This document shows positions 47,638 to 57,236 of a stretch of DNA of 64,000 bases, one piece after another. Source of the stretch: an uncultured bacterium (lineage in GTDB: Bacteria > Margulisbacteria > WOR-1 > CAVSGV01); assembly GCA_963727815.1 (NCBI GenBank), contig CAVSGV010000006.1, positions 28,541 to 92,540 on the forward strand, given 5' to 3'. Position 1 is the stretch's first letter. Each line of letters opens with the position of its first letter. The notes below the pieces were generated by a model. That model did not search any database and was not told the DNA's origin. It was given only the letters and a program-made list of their open reading frames with translations. The position numbers were made by a program, and so were the translations under genes.

Positions 47638-49095
47638 ATGGAACTCTTCGAGCTTACCGCGCATGAACTTCACGCAAAACTATCCAAGAGGGAGACATCC
47701 GTTGAAGAGATACTTAAGTCCGTCATCGGCAGGATAACCGCGACTGAAGACAGGATATCCGCCTTCATGACCATCAACCTTGAGGACGCTCTTAACCGCG
47801 CGATAGAGATAGACGAGCAGATAGCAGCCGGAAAAGAGATTACTCCGCTTACCGGGATACCGGTCGCCGTAAAGGACAACATGTGCACGAAAGGGCTTCT
47901 CACCACCTGTTCCTCGAAGATACTCAGGAATTATATCCCGCCTTACAACGCCACGGTGGTTGATAAGATCATTCAGGCGGGAGCGATACCCATCGGAAAA
48001 ACGAACCTGGATGAATTCGCGATGGGCTCATCCACCGAAAATTCGGCTTACAAGGTGACGAAGAATCCTTGGGACCTTAAGAGAGTGCCCGGCGGTTCCT
48101 CAGGCGGTTCGGCCGCTTCAGTTGCCGCCGATGAAACCGTGATGGCGTTCGGCTCCGACACGGGCGGATCGATAAGACAGCCTGCTTCGCTTTGCGGCGT
48201 CGTCGGGCTTAAGCCGACATACGGAAGGGTTTCAAGATATGGGCTGATAGCGTTCGCTTCATCGCTGGACCAGATAGGCCCGCTTACGAAGGACGTGACG
48301 GATGCCGCGATATTCATGAACTGCATAGCCGGACACGACAAGAAAGATTCCACGTCTGTTGATGTCCCCGTTCCAGATCACCGCAAGTCTTTAGTCGATG
48401 ACGTCAAAGGTTTGAAGGTAGGTTTGATAAAGGATCTGCTTGGCGAAGGGATAGACGCCGGAGTGAAAAAAGCTGTGCTCGACGCAGCCGACAAGTTGAG
48501 AGAGCTTGGCGCGAAAGTGGAGGAAGTATCGATGCCCGCGCTGGAGTACGGCATCTCTACATATTATATACTCGCGACGGCGGAGGCTTCATCTAACCTG
48601 GAGCGTTATGACGGCGTGAAGTACGGCCACCGCTCTGAAGAGGCGGACGATCTTTTGTCGATGTATTACAACACGAGGCGCGAAGGGTTTGGGCCGGAAG
48701 TTAAGCGCAGGATAATGCTGGGGACGTACGCGCTCTCCGCTGGCTACTATGACGCGTATTATTTAAAGGCCCAGAAGGTCAGGACGCTGATAAAGAACGA
48801 CTTTGACAAAGCCTTTTCAAAGTTCGACATACTGATCTCCCCCACTTCGCCCAGCGTCGCGTTCAAGATCGGCGAAAAGATGAACGATCCGCTTTCGATG
48901 TATCTGTCCGACATTGCGACGATACCGGTCAACCTGGCGGGCATTCCGGCGATATCGATCCCATGCGGCTTCGTCAACGGCCTGCCCGTCGGACTGCAGA
49001 TAATGGGCAAGGCTTTCAGCGAGGAAACTCTTTTCAGGGCGGCGTTCACCTATGAGCAGAACACGGCGTGGCACAAGTCGAGGCCGAAGTTATAG
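47638..49095 (+). CDS. gatA: Asp/Glu-tRNA amidotransferase subunit A
   Basis: Amidase signature [13 protein letters not shown], with the catalytic Ser/Lys context conserved. 485 aa. Confidence 0.95.
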   Translation: MELFELTAHELHAKLSKRETSVEEILKSVIGRITATEDRISAFMTINLEDALNRAIEIDEQIAAGKEITPLTGIPVAVKDNMCTKGLLTTCSSKILRNYIPPYNATVVDKIIQAGAIPIGKTNLDEFAMGSSTENSAYKVTKNPWDLKRVPGGSSGGSAASVAADETVMAFGSDTGGSIRQPASLCGVVGLKPTYGRVSRYGLIAFASSLDQIGPLTKDVTDAAIFMNCIAGHDKKDSTSVDVPVPDHRKSLVDDVKGLKVGLIKDLLGEGIDAGVKKAVLDAADKLRELGAKVEEVSMPALEYGISTYYILATAEASSNLERYDGVKYGHRSEEADDLLSMYYNTRREGFGPEVKRRIMLGTYALSAGYYDAYYLKAQKVRTLIKNDFDKAFSKFDILISPTSPSVAFKIGEKMNDPLSMYLSDIATIPVNLAGIPAISIPCGFVNGLPVGLQIMGKAFSEETLFRAAFTYEQNTAWHKSRPKL

Positions 49096-49153
49096 TCACC
49101 CTGAACGAAGTGAAGGGTCTGAATTTCAGATTCTTCGCTTCGCTCAGAATGAC
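49095..49153. repeat. REP-like inverted-repeat element, copy 4
   Basis: gtcaccctgaacgaagtgaagggtctg (49095-49121) and cagattcttcgcttcgctcagaatgac (49127-49153), filling the gatA-gatB spacer. Confidence 0.85.
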
Positions 49154-49164
49154 GAAAGGATCAT

Positions 49165-50623
49165 ATGAACTATGAAGTCGTAATAGGATTGGAAGTCCAC
49201 GCACAGCTCCTTACGGAGTCGAAAATATTCTGCGGGTGTTCGACCAAGTTCGGCGCGCCGCCGAATACCAACATCTGCCCCGTATGCACCGGCCAGCCAG
49301 GCGTGCTTCCCGTCCTTAACAAGAAGGTCGTGGATTTCGCCATCAAGACCGGACTCGCGCTGAAGGCGAAGATATCGCAGCACTCGATATTCGCAAGGAA
49401 GAATTATTTCTATCCGGACATTCCGAAGGGTTACCAGGTTTCGCAGTATGAGCTGCCGGTAGCCCTTGCGGGTCATATTGATATTACCGTCGACGGAAAG
49501 ACAAGGCAGATAGGCATTACCAGGGTCCATCTCGAGGAAGACGCCGGAAAACTTGTCCACCAGGGAGCGGCCGGATTAAAAGGTTCCACTTCAGAGTCTG
49601 GTCGATTTCAACAGGACGGGAGTCCCGCTGATGGAAATAGTGAGCGAGCCGGACATCCGCTCTCCCGAAGAAGCGAAGGCATACATGGAAGAGCTGAGAA
49701 AACTTCTTGTGGCTCTCGGCGTTTGCGACGGGAACATGGAAGAAGGAAGCCTGAGGTGCGACGCCAATATCTCTCTGAGACCCGCAGGAAAGAAGGAGCT
49801 TGGAGTCAAGACCGAAGTAAAGAACATGAACTCTTTCAAGGCGGTGCAGAAAGCTCTCTCCGCTGAGATCGTAAGGCAGACCAAGGTCCTCGATGAAGGC
49901 GGCAAGCTGACCCAGGAAAGCAGATTGTATGACAACTCAACCGATTCAACGATGTCTATGAGAAGCAAAGAAGAAGCGCACGATTACAGATATTTCCCGG
50001 AGCCCGATCTCGTCCCGATGGAAATAGACAACAAATGGATCGATGCGATAAGGAAGACCATCAGCGAGCTGCCGCAGGCAAAAAAAGCGCGCTATATCTC
50101 GGAGTTCAAGCTTCCGGACATGGATGCCACAGTGCTGTCGTCGGATTCTCCCATGGCGAAGTTCTTTGAGGAAAGCGTTTTGCTTCTCAATGAACCAAAG
50201 GAGATAAGCAACTGGCTCATCGGCGACATATCCGCCTACATGAACGAGAAGAAAAAAGGGATAAATGATCTTGATTTCACTCCAGCAAAACTTATCGAGG
50301 TCATAAAGCTGGTGAGCAAAGGCACCATCAGCAGGAAAACGGCGAAGGAAGTTCTCATCAAGGCGCTGGATTCGGGAAAGAGCGTGAACGACATCGTCGC
50401 AGAATCCGGGTCGACGCAGATATCCGACGAGGGCGAGTTGCTAAAGATAGTGCAAGATGCTATAAATAACAATCCTAAATCTGCCGCAGATTACAAGGCA
50501 GGCGAAGAGCCGGCGCTGTTCCACCTGATGGGACAGATCATGAAGGCGACAAAAGGAAGAGCCAATCCGGAAACAGCGAAAAAGTTGCTTATGGAGGTGC
50601 TGAAAAATGAAGAACATAAATAA
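49165..50623 (+). CDS. gatB: Asp/Glu-tRNA amidotransferase subunit B, one frame break near 49578-49581
   Basis: [15 protein letters not shown]...[11 protein letters not shown] lies in one frame and ...[27 protein letters not shown]... in the next. Removing one A from TTAAAAGG joins them. Confidence 0.9.
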
Positions 50624-51061
50624 AATGCTTAAAGCCCTGTCGCCTCTTATCCTGGCGGTTTTCGTTTGTACTTTCGTCGTTCCGGCGTTCGGGCAGGATA
50701 AGTCAAATTACATTATCATCTTGCCGTCTTCCGTTAACAGGGGGACTTTTTCGATCTGACCATAACTCCCGTCAATACGTCGCTCAGCCTGAATGACATT
50801 TCCGTGTCACTTCCTCCGGGACTTTCTGCCTCCAGGTATCCCGTGAGCGTGCTGGGAAATCACAGTTTTAGTTACAGGATACTCACCGGGCCGTACACCG
50901 GCGCATTCAATATCGGCATCACCATTTCGACGCAGACCGGGCCGGTGACAATGACACGGACCATAGCGGTCCAGCCGACTTTCTTTGACATGTACGGACA
51001 GTACATATTTTTAGCGGGGGTCATTTTGATAGTTGCGATAACGTCAGGCAACGGCCGGTAG
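50607..51061 (+). CDS. hypothetical exported protein with C-terminal TM helix, frame break at the G5 run 50740-50744
   Basis: Signal peptide [29 protein letters not shown]. After ...SSVNRG the sequence continues in another frame as [26 protein letters not shown]... to 51061. Confidence 0.45.
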
Positions 51062-51158
51062 GTAAGAGGAGTTTACGTAGTGGGTGGTTTCCCCCGTTCA
51101 AAACCTGGATTTAACTTGGTCCCCTCTTCTAACTTTCCTCGCTCCTCTAGCTCCTCTT

Positions 51159-51167
51159 TGTTATAAT
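51159..51167 (+). promoter_or_regulatory. extended -10 (TGtTATAAT) immediately upstream of the radical-SAM gene
   Basis: ctctTTGTTATAATgtatctcATGagc. The ATG at 51175 lies 7 nt after the box with no SD, suggesting a possibly leaderless transcript. Confidence 0.35.
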
Positions 51168-51174
51168 GTATCTC

Positions 51175-51780
51175 ATGAGCGCCATTACATATACTATCGG
51201 CAATTCGCTGTACTTGAACATAACCAACAGATGCACGAACAAGTGCGACTTCTGCATACGCGACAAGACCCGGCTTTTCAACAACCAGCACGAGCTCTGG
51301 CTGAAAAAAGAGCCGACAGCGAAAGAAGTGATTGACGCCATCGGCGACCCGAAAAAATATGACGAGGTGGTATTCTGCGGTTACGGCGAACCGCTGATAC
51401 GCCTGGACGCCGTCAAGGAAATATCGAAATGGATCAAAGAGAACGGCGGGAAGGTACGCATCAATACCAACGGCCACGGCAACCTTATCCACAAAAAGAA
51501 CATACTTCCCGAGCTGAAAGGCCTGGTGGATGAGATATCCATAAGCCTGGACGCGGAGAACAAGGGAACATACGAGAGGATCTGCCATCCGGATTTCGGC
51601 GAGGCCTCATTCGATGCTATAATTGATTTTGCAAGGGAAGCGAAGAGGAACGTTCAGGATGTGGAGCTCACGGTCGTTGATATTCCGGAGATAGACAAGA
51701 AAGCGGCCAAAAAGATAGCCGATGAGCTGGGTGTTTCCTTCAGGGTGCGGACCTATTACGAGCAGGATTATAAAAAGTGA
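51175..51780 (+). CDS. small radical SAM protein
   Basis: CxxxCxxC cluster NITNRCTNKCDFCIR near the N-terminus, about 200 aa. The track start at 51166 overlaps the -10 box. Confidence 0.8.
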   Translation: MSAITYTIGNSLYLNITNRCTNKCDFCIRDKTRLFNNQHELWLKKEPTAKEVIDAIGDPKKYDEVVFCGYGEPLIRLDAVKEISKWIKENGGKVRINTNGHGNLIHKKNILPELKGLVDEISISLDAENKGTYERICHPDFGEASFDAIIDFAREAKRNVQDVELTVVDIPEIDKKAAKKIADELGVSFRVRTYYEQDYKK

Positions 51781-51795
51781 GGCGGGTAACGAGTA

Positions 51796-53130
51796 ATGAG
51801 TATTGAGAAAAAATGTGATATTGCGGTCATCGGCGCGGGGCCGGGCGGGTACACGGCAGCCATAAGGGCGGCTCAGCTCGGCAAAAAGGTGATCCTCATT
51901 GAACTGCATGAGGTGGGCGGAACGTGCCTTAACCACGGCTGCATCCCCACAAAGACCCTTCACGCCAGCACGAAATTATTCACGCGGATAAAGAACGCCG
52001 ACCAGTTCGGCATTTCCGTCAGCGGCGCATCGATCGATCTTTCGAAGGTGATCGACAGGAAGAATCGGATAGTCAATCAGCTCCAAAAAGGCCTCGAGTT
52101 CCTTTTCAAGGAAAATGGGATCGAACTGATAAAAGGTGAAGGCAAGCTGGTGGACAGGAACACCATACAGGTGATCAACGGAGAGAAGATCATAGCGGAA
52201 AGCATCATACTCGCGACCGGCTCCACCGTAGCTTCCCTGCCCGGATTCACCATCGACGAGAAAAAAGTCATGTCCAGCAATGGGATACTAGAGCTGAGGA
52301 CGGCGCCGAAAACGATGGGGATCGTCGGCGCGGGTCCAATGGGAATAGAGCTGGGCGGCGTGTTCAACGACCTCGGGACCAAAGTCACGATATTCGAGGT
52401 AATGCCGCGGATACTCCCCGCCGAAGATCCAGAGGTCTCAAAAACGCTGGAGCAGGCGCTCACAAAAAAAGGAATAACGATCAAGACCGGCGAAAGCCTG
52501 AAAGACATAAATGAATTCGAAATTATTCTCATATCGGTCGGAAGGAAACTAAACACTTACGGGTTCGAGCTGGCCGGGATCAAGCTTGATGGGAACAAAG
52601 TGCCGGTCAATGAGAAGATGCAGACGAACATATCCAACGTTTACGCCATCGGCGACATAACCGGAAAATACATGTTCGCTCATACGGCGGCAATGGAAGG
52701 CATCGTGGCCGTCGAGAACATCTGCGGGAAAAAAGCGAAGATGGATTATTCCGCCGTCCCCAGGTGCATTTATTCCGATCCCGGTGTTGCGAGCGTGGGC
52801 ATGACGGAAGAAGAAGCGGTATCGAAATTCGGCGCGGCGAATATCAGGACCGGCAAATATCCTTTCAGGGCTTCGTCCAAGTCGCTGATAGAGGACGAAA
52901 GGGACGGCTTCATAAAGATCATCGCTCACAAGGACGGAAAAGTTCTGGGTTCGCACATAGTGGGCAGCCTGGCGACGGAGATCCTCGGCGAGATCGCTCT
53001 TGCCGTAAGCAGAGGGTTGAAAGTGGCGGACATCATAGCAACGATACACGCGCATCCCACGGTCTACGAATCCATGGCCGAAGCCGCCGAGAACGTCCTT
53101 AAACAGGCGATCTCGATTATAAATAAATGA
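51796..53130 (+). CDS. lpdA: dihydrolipoyl dehydrogenase
   Basis: GAGPGGY FAD motif, redox-active GGTCLNHGCIPTK and C-terminal HAHPT interface motif. Confidence 0.9.
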   Translation: MSIEKKCDIAVIGAGPGGYTAAIRAAQLGKKVILIELHEVGGTCLNHGCIPTKTLHASTKLFTRIKNADQFGISVSGASIDLSKVIDRKNRIVNQLQKGLEFLFKENGIELIKGEGKLVDRNTIQVINGEKIIAESIILATGSTVASLPGFTIDEKKVMSSNGILELRTAPKTMGIVGAGPMGIELGGVFNDLGTKVTIFEVMPRILPAEDPEVSKTLEQALTKKGITIKTGESLKDINEFEIILISVGRKLNTYGFELAGIKLDGNKVPVNEKMQTNISNVYAIGDITGKYMFAHTAAMEGIVAVENICGKKAKMDYSAVPRCIYSDPGVASVGMTEEEAVSKFGAANIRTGKYPFRASSKSLIEDERDGFIKIIAHKDGKVLGSHIVGSLATEILGEIALAVSRGLKVADIIATIHAHPTVYESMAEAAENVLKQAISIINK

Positions 53131-53168
53131 CATATTTGCGTAACTTACCTCACCCCGGCCTTCGGCCA

Positions 53169-53244
53169 CCCCTCTCCACTTTGTGGAGAGGGGCAGTGCT
53201 ATATTCTAATAACATGCTTCCCTTCTCCATTTCATGGAGAAGGG
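53169..53244. repeat. two GC-rich hairpins of a second repeat type
   Basis: cccctctccac-tttg-tggagagggg (53169-53193) and cccttctccat-ttc-atggagaaggg (53220-53244), between the lpdA stop and the lipA start. Confidence 0.7.
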
Positions 53245-53269
53245 TGCCCCGAGAGGGGCGGGATGAGGA

Positions 53270-54106
53270 ATGAGAAACCTTCCGCAATGGCTCATCAAGC
53301 GCACGCCAAAATATCAGAACATTAAGGCCATACGGTCTCTCATCGGCGATAAGGTGAACACTGTGTGCAAGTCCGCCAAATGTCCCAACATAGGCGAGTG
53401 CTACGGCTGCGGAACGGTCACTTTCATGATACTTGGCGACAAGTGCACCAGGGGATGCAAATTCTGCGCGGTCGATGCGTCGGCCCCCGCCCACCCCGAC
53501 CCTATGGAGCCTAAATACGTTGCCGAAGCCGCAAAGAAATTGAACTTGAAATATGTTGTCGTGACTTCCGTGACAAGGGACGATCTTCCCGACGGCGGCG
53601 CGAGCTTTTTCGCAAAGACGATAATCGAGTTGAAGAAGTTGATCCCGGATATCAAGGTAGAGGTGCTGATACCGGACCTGTTGGGCAAGGAAGAACATCT
53701 GAAAAAAGTGATCGATGCCAGGCCGGACGTACTTAACCACAACATTGAGATGGTGGCAAGGCTTTACCCTGAAGTTCGGCCGAATTCCAATTATTACACT
53801 TCGATCAACGTCCTTAAGACCGCAAAAAAGATCGAGGCAGGGACCGTGACAAAATCAGGATTCATGCTCGGTCTCGGCGAAAAGGACGGCGAGGTAATGG
53901 ACCTGATGTGCGAATTGAACGCGGCCCGGTGCGATATTGTGACCATCGGCCAGTACATCGCCCCTACACAACGCCACGCAAAAGTGATAGAATACGTTCG
54001 ACCGGAAAAATTCGATGAATACCGGAACTTCGGCCTGTCCATCGGGATAAAAAAGGTGATCTCCGGGCCTTTGGTGAGAAGTTCCTACATCGCAGGCTCA
54101 TATTAG
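53270..54106 (+). CDS. lipA: lipoyl synthase
   Basis: Auxiliary cluster CKSAKCPNIGEC and radical-SAM cluster CTRGCKFCAV. C-terminal RSSY. Confidence 0.95.
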   Translation: MRNLPQWLIKRTPKYQNIKAIRSLIGDKVNTVCKSAKCPNIGECYGCGTVTFMILGDKCTRGCKFCAVDASAPAHPDPMEPKYVAEAAKKLNLKYVVVTSVTRDDLPDGGASFFAKTIIELKKLIPDIKVEVLIPDLLGKEEHLKKVIDARPDVLNHNIEMVARLYPEVRPNSNYYTSINVLKTAKKIEAGTVTKSGFMLGLGEKDGEVMDLMCELNAARCDIVTIGQYIAPTQRHAKVIEYVRPEKFDEYRNFGLSIGIKKVISGPLVRSSYIAGSY

Positions 54107-54113
54107 ATTAAGT

Positions 54114-54242
54114 GTCACCCTGAGCCCTTCGCATTGTGTCATTCTGAGCGAAGCGAAGAATCTGTATTTTGCTCAGGGTAAACTCCGTGAAGGGTCTGTG
54201 TTCTAAAAATGCAGATTCTTCGGCCTTTGGCCTCAGAATGAC
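54114..54242. repeat. REP-like element cluster, copy 5 (four arms)
   Basis: gtcaccctgagcccttcgc..., gtcattctgagcgaagcgaagaatctg, ...ctccgtgaagggtctg and cagattcttcggcctttggcctcagaatgac. Confidence 0.85.
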
Positions 54243-54251
54243 AATAGGAAG

Positions 54252-55431
54252 TTGTTATTGATGGAAGAAGCAGAACGGTTACAAAAATTACCGACTTACA
54301 TTTTCGCCAAGCAGGATAAGATCAAACTTGAGCTGCGCAAAAAAGGCGCCGACCTCATAGATCTGGGCCTGGGCAGTCCCGACCACACGCCTCCGCAGGA
54401 AGTCATCGATGAAATGATATCCGCGCTCAAGGACCCCAACATCAACAGATATCCGGCGTTCGACGGCTCGGAAGAGTTCAGGCAAGCCGTTGTTACGTGG
54501 ATAAGCCAGGCAATATGGAGTGGATGTTTCCGCCGATGACGTCGTTCCTCTCATCGGCTCCAAGGAAGGCATCGTGCATCTTCAATTCGCGTATCTTAAT
54601 CCGGGTGATACCACTCTTGTCCCAATGCCGGCGTATCCAGCGCACTTCCGCGGAGCGATACTTGCGGGAGCCGAAGCGATCGTGTTGCCAACGACCGAGA
54701 GGACCGGTTTCCTTCCGAACCTGAGAATAGTCGACGAAACAATAGCCAAAAGGGCGAAGATGCTCTTCCTGTCTTATCCGACAAATCCCACCGGAGCCAC
54801 GGTCCCGAAAGAATTCTTCGAGGAAGCTATACAGTTCTGCAAAAAATATGACATCATCCTTATACACGACTTTGCGTACGCGGAGCTTTACTTTGACAAC
54901 CAGAAACCAATCAGCATTCTGTCGCTGCGCGGAGCAAAGGACGTAGCGATAGAATTCCACACTTTTTCCAAGACGTTCGGGATGGCCGGCTGGAGATGCG
55001 GTTTCGCCACCGGGAACAGCCAGCTTGTGGAATCCCTCAGGAAAATAAAGACCAACCTGGATTACGGCCTTTTCAACGCCATTCAGCGGGCCGCGGTAAA
55101 AGCGCTTAACATACACAGCGGCTACATAGACGGCGTGCGCCAGCGCTACCAGAGAAGGCGCGACCTCATTCTCGACGGGCTTAAAGACCTGGGCTGCACC
55201 AACATCATAAAGCCGAAAGGCGCAATGTACGTGTGGTTCCCCATACCGAAAGGATTTAATTCGTACGATTGGATGATATTCCTGATGGAAAAAGCGGGAG
55301 TTGTGGTGACCCCGGGCATCGCTTTCGGCGAGCTGGGCGAAGGTTACGCAAGGATATCGCTGATAGATACCGAAGATAAACTGAAAGAAGCGCTGGCAAG
55401 GATGAAGAAGGCGGGGGTAAAGTATGGATAG
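54252..55431 (+). CDS. class I/II pyridoxal-phosphate aminotransferase (LL-DAP/aspartate aminotransferase-like), frame break near 54503
   Basis: ...FRQAVVTWI lies in one frame and ARQYGVDVSADDVVPLIGSKEGIVHL...SKTFGMAGWRCGF (PLP Lys) in the next. A single extra base restores the continuous fold. Confidence 0.85.
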
Positions 55432-56424
55432 GCCTATCGTCGCGATAACGATGGGAGATGCTTCCGGCATCGGCCCCGAAGTGATAGTGAAAGCTCTCCA
55501 GAACAACGAGGTGCTGAACGTAGCGCGGCCGATAGTTATCGGCGACGCAAGGATAATGCGCAGCGCGCTCAAGTTCGCCAAAGGCGAGCGCATGGAAGTG
55601 AACGCGGTGACCGGAGTGGCCGACGCGAAATTCACCAGAGGAATTATTGATGTCTACGATCTTGAGAACCTGGACCCCTCGAAGGTGAAGGTGGGCCAGA
55701 TATGCGCTCCATGCGGCAAAGCGGCATTCGAATATCTGGACAAGGCGATAAAGCTCGCTCTTAACAACGAGGTAGGCGCCATCGCCACCGGCCCATAAAC
55801 AAGGAAGCCATGCACAAGGCCGGCTATAACTTCGACGGCCACACGGAGATCCTAGCCAAAAAAACGAAGACAAAACATTGCGCGATGATGTTCGTCTCAA
55901 ATCCTTTCTGGGTGATGCTCGTCACGACGCACCTTCCGCTCAGCAAGGTCAGCAAGAAAATAACGAAGAAGAGCGTTCTGCAGACCATAAAGCTGGCCAA
56001 TGAATTCCTTTACAACATCAGGGGAAAGAAGCCGAAGATCGGCGTCGCGGGCCTGAACCCTCACGCAGGCGAAGGCGGCATTTTCGGCAGCGAAGAGAAA
56101 AAAGCGATAAAGCCCGCAGTGGATGAAGCCATAAAGCTTGGCATCAATGTGAAAGGTCCGATATCTCCCGACGGGATATTTTATCTGGCGAACGTCGGCA
56201 TGTTCGATATAGTGATAGCCATGTACCACGACCAGGGGTTGATCCCGCTCAAACTCCTGTCATTCAACAGGTCCGTCAACGTGACCGTTGGGCTTCCGAT
56301 AATCAGGACCTCGGTCGACCACGGCACCGGATTCGATATAGCCGGCAAGGGCTGGGCGAACCCCACAAGCCTCATCGAGGCCATAAAAGTAGCTGCCCAC
56401 TTCTCAAAAGCCAAGAAAAAATAA
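55424..56424 (+). CDS. pdxA: 4-hydroxythreonine-4-phosphate dehydrogenase, frame break at the CCC run 55792-55794
   Basis: IAITMGDASGIGPEV...AIATGP then, in another frame, (I)NKEAMHKAGYNFDGHTEILA...HAGEGG...TSVDHGT. Adding one C gives GPINKEA. Confidence 0.85.
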
Positions 56425-56429
56425 CTGCG

Positions 56430-57236
56430 ATGAAACACAAAAAGTCCCTGGGACAGCATTTCCTGTCAGATGATAACCTCCTGAAAAAGATCGCCGACTC
56501 CGCAGATCTCACAAAGGAAGATCTCGTTCTCGAAGTAGGCACCGGGCTTGGGACGCTCACAAAACACATCGCGCGGTCGGCCGGATTCGTCGTTTCGGTG
56601 GAACTGGATAAGAACATAATTGCCCGCGCTCAGGAGAACCTGAAGGGGTTCAACAACATCGAATTCATCAACGAGAATATAATGAAACTGAACATCCCGG
56701 ATATCATGGACGCGCATCCGTCGTTCAAGCGCAGGAAAGTCGTGGCTAACATCCCCTACTATATTACAACTCCATTGATCTCAATGCTTATCGAGTCCAA
56801 GGCGGATATCAATACCATCGTCCTGCTCATCCAGAAGGAAGTAGCCGACAGGATAGTCGCGGCGCCGGGCGGAAAAAAATACGGCTCGCTGACGATATAC
56901 GTCAATTATTACTGCGAACCGAAGATAGAGTTCCGCATTCCCCGGACCGCTTTCGTTCCTCCGCCCGAAGTGGATTCAGCCGTTCTCAAACTGGTGAGAC
57001 GCGGCAAACCGCCGGTGGATGTGAAAGACGAAAAACTGTTTTTCAGGATCGTCCGCGGTGCCTTCGTCCAGAGAAGAAAGATGCTGAGGAACGCGATAAT
57101 GAACGCGAACATCGAGGGCGTTGATAAGGAAAAGCTGGATAAAGCCTTCGCCGATCTGGGGATCGACGGAAAAAGAAGGGGCGAAACACTGTCGATAAAA
57201 GAATTCGCGGAACTGGCGGACAGGCTTACTTCTTAA
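56430..57236 (+). CDS. rsmA: 16S rRNA (adenine1518/1519-N6)-dimethyltransferase
   Basis: KKSLGQHFL N-terminus, SAM motif VLEVGTGLGTLT and NIPYYITTP. Confidence 0.95.
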   Translation: MKHKKSLGQHFLSDDNLLKKIADSADLTKEDLVLEVGTGLGTLTKHIARSAGFVVSVELDKNIIARAQENLKGFNNIEFINENIMKLNIPDIMDAHPSFKRRKVVANIPYYITTPLISMLIESKADINTIVLLIQKEVADRIVAAPGGKKYGSLTIYVNYYCEPKIEFRIPRTAFVPPPEVDSAVLKLVRRGKPPVDVKDEKLFFRIVRGAFVQRRKMLRNAIMNANIEGVDKEKLDKAFADLGIDGKRRGETLSIKEFAELADRLTS

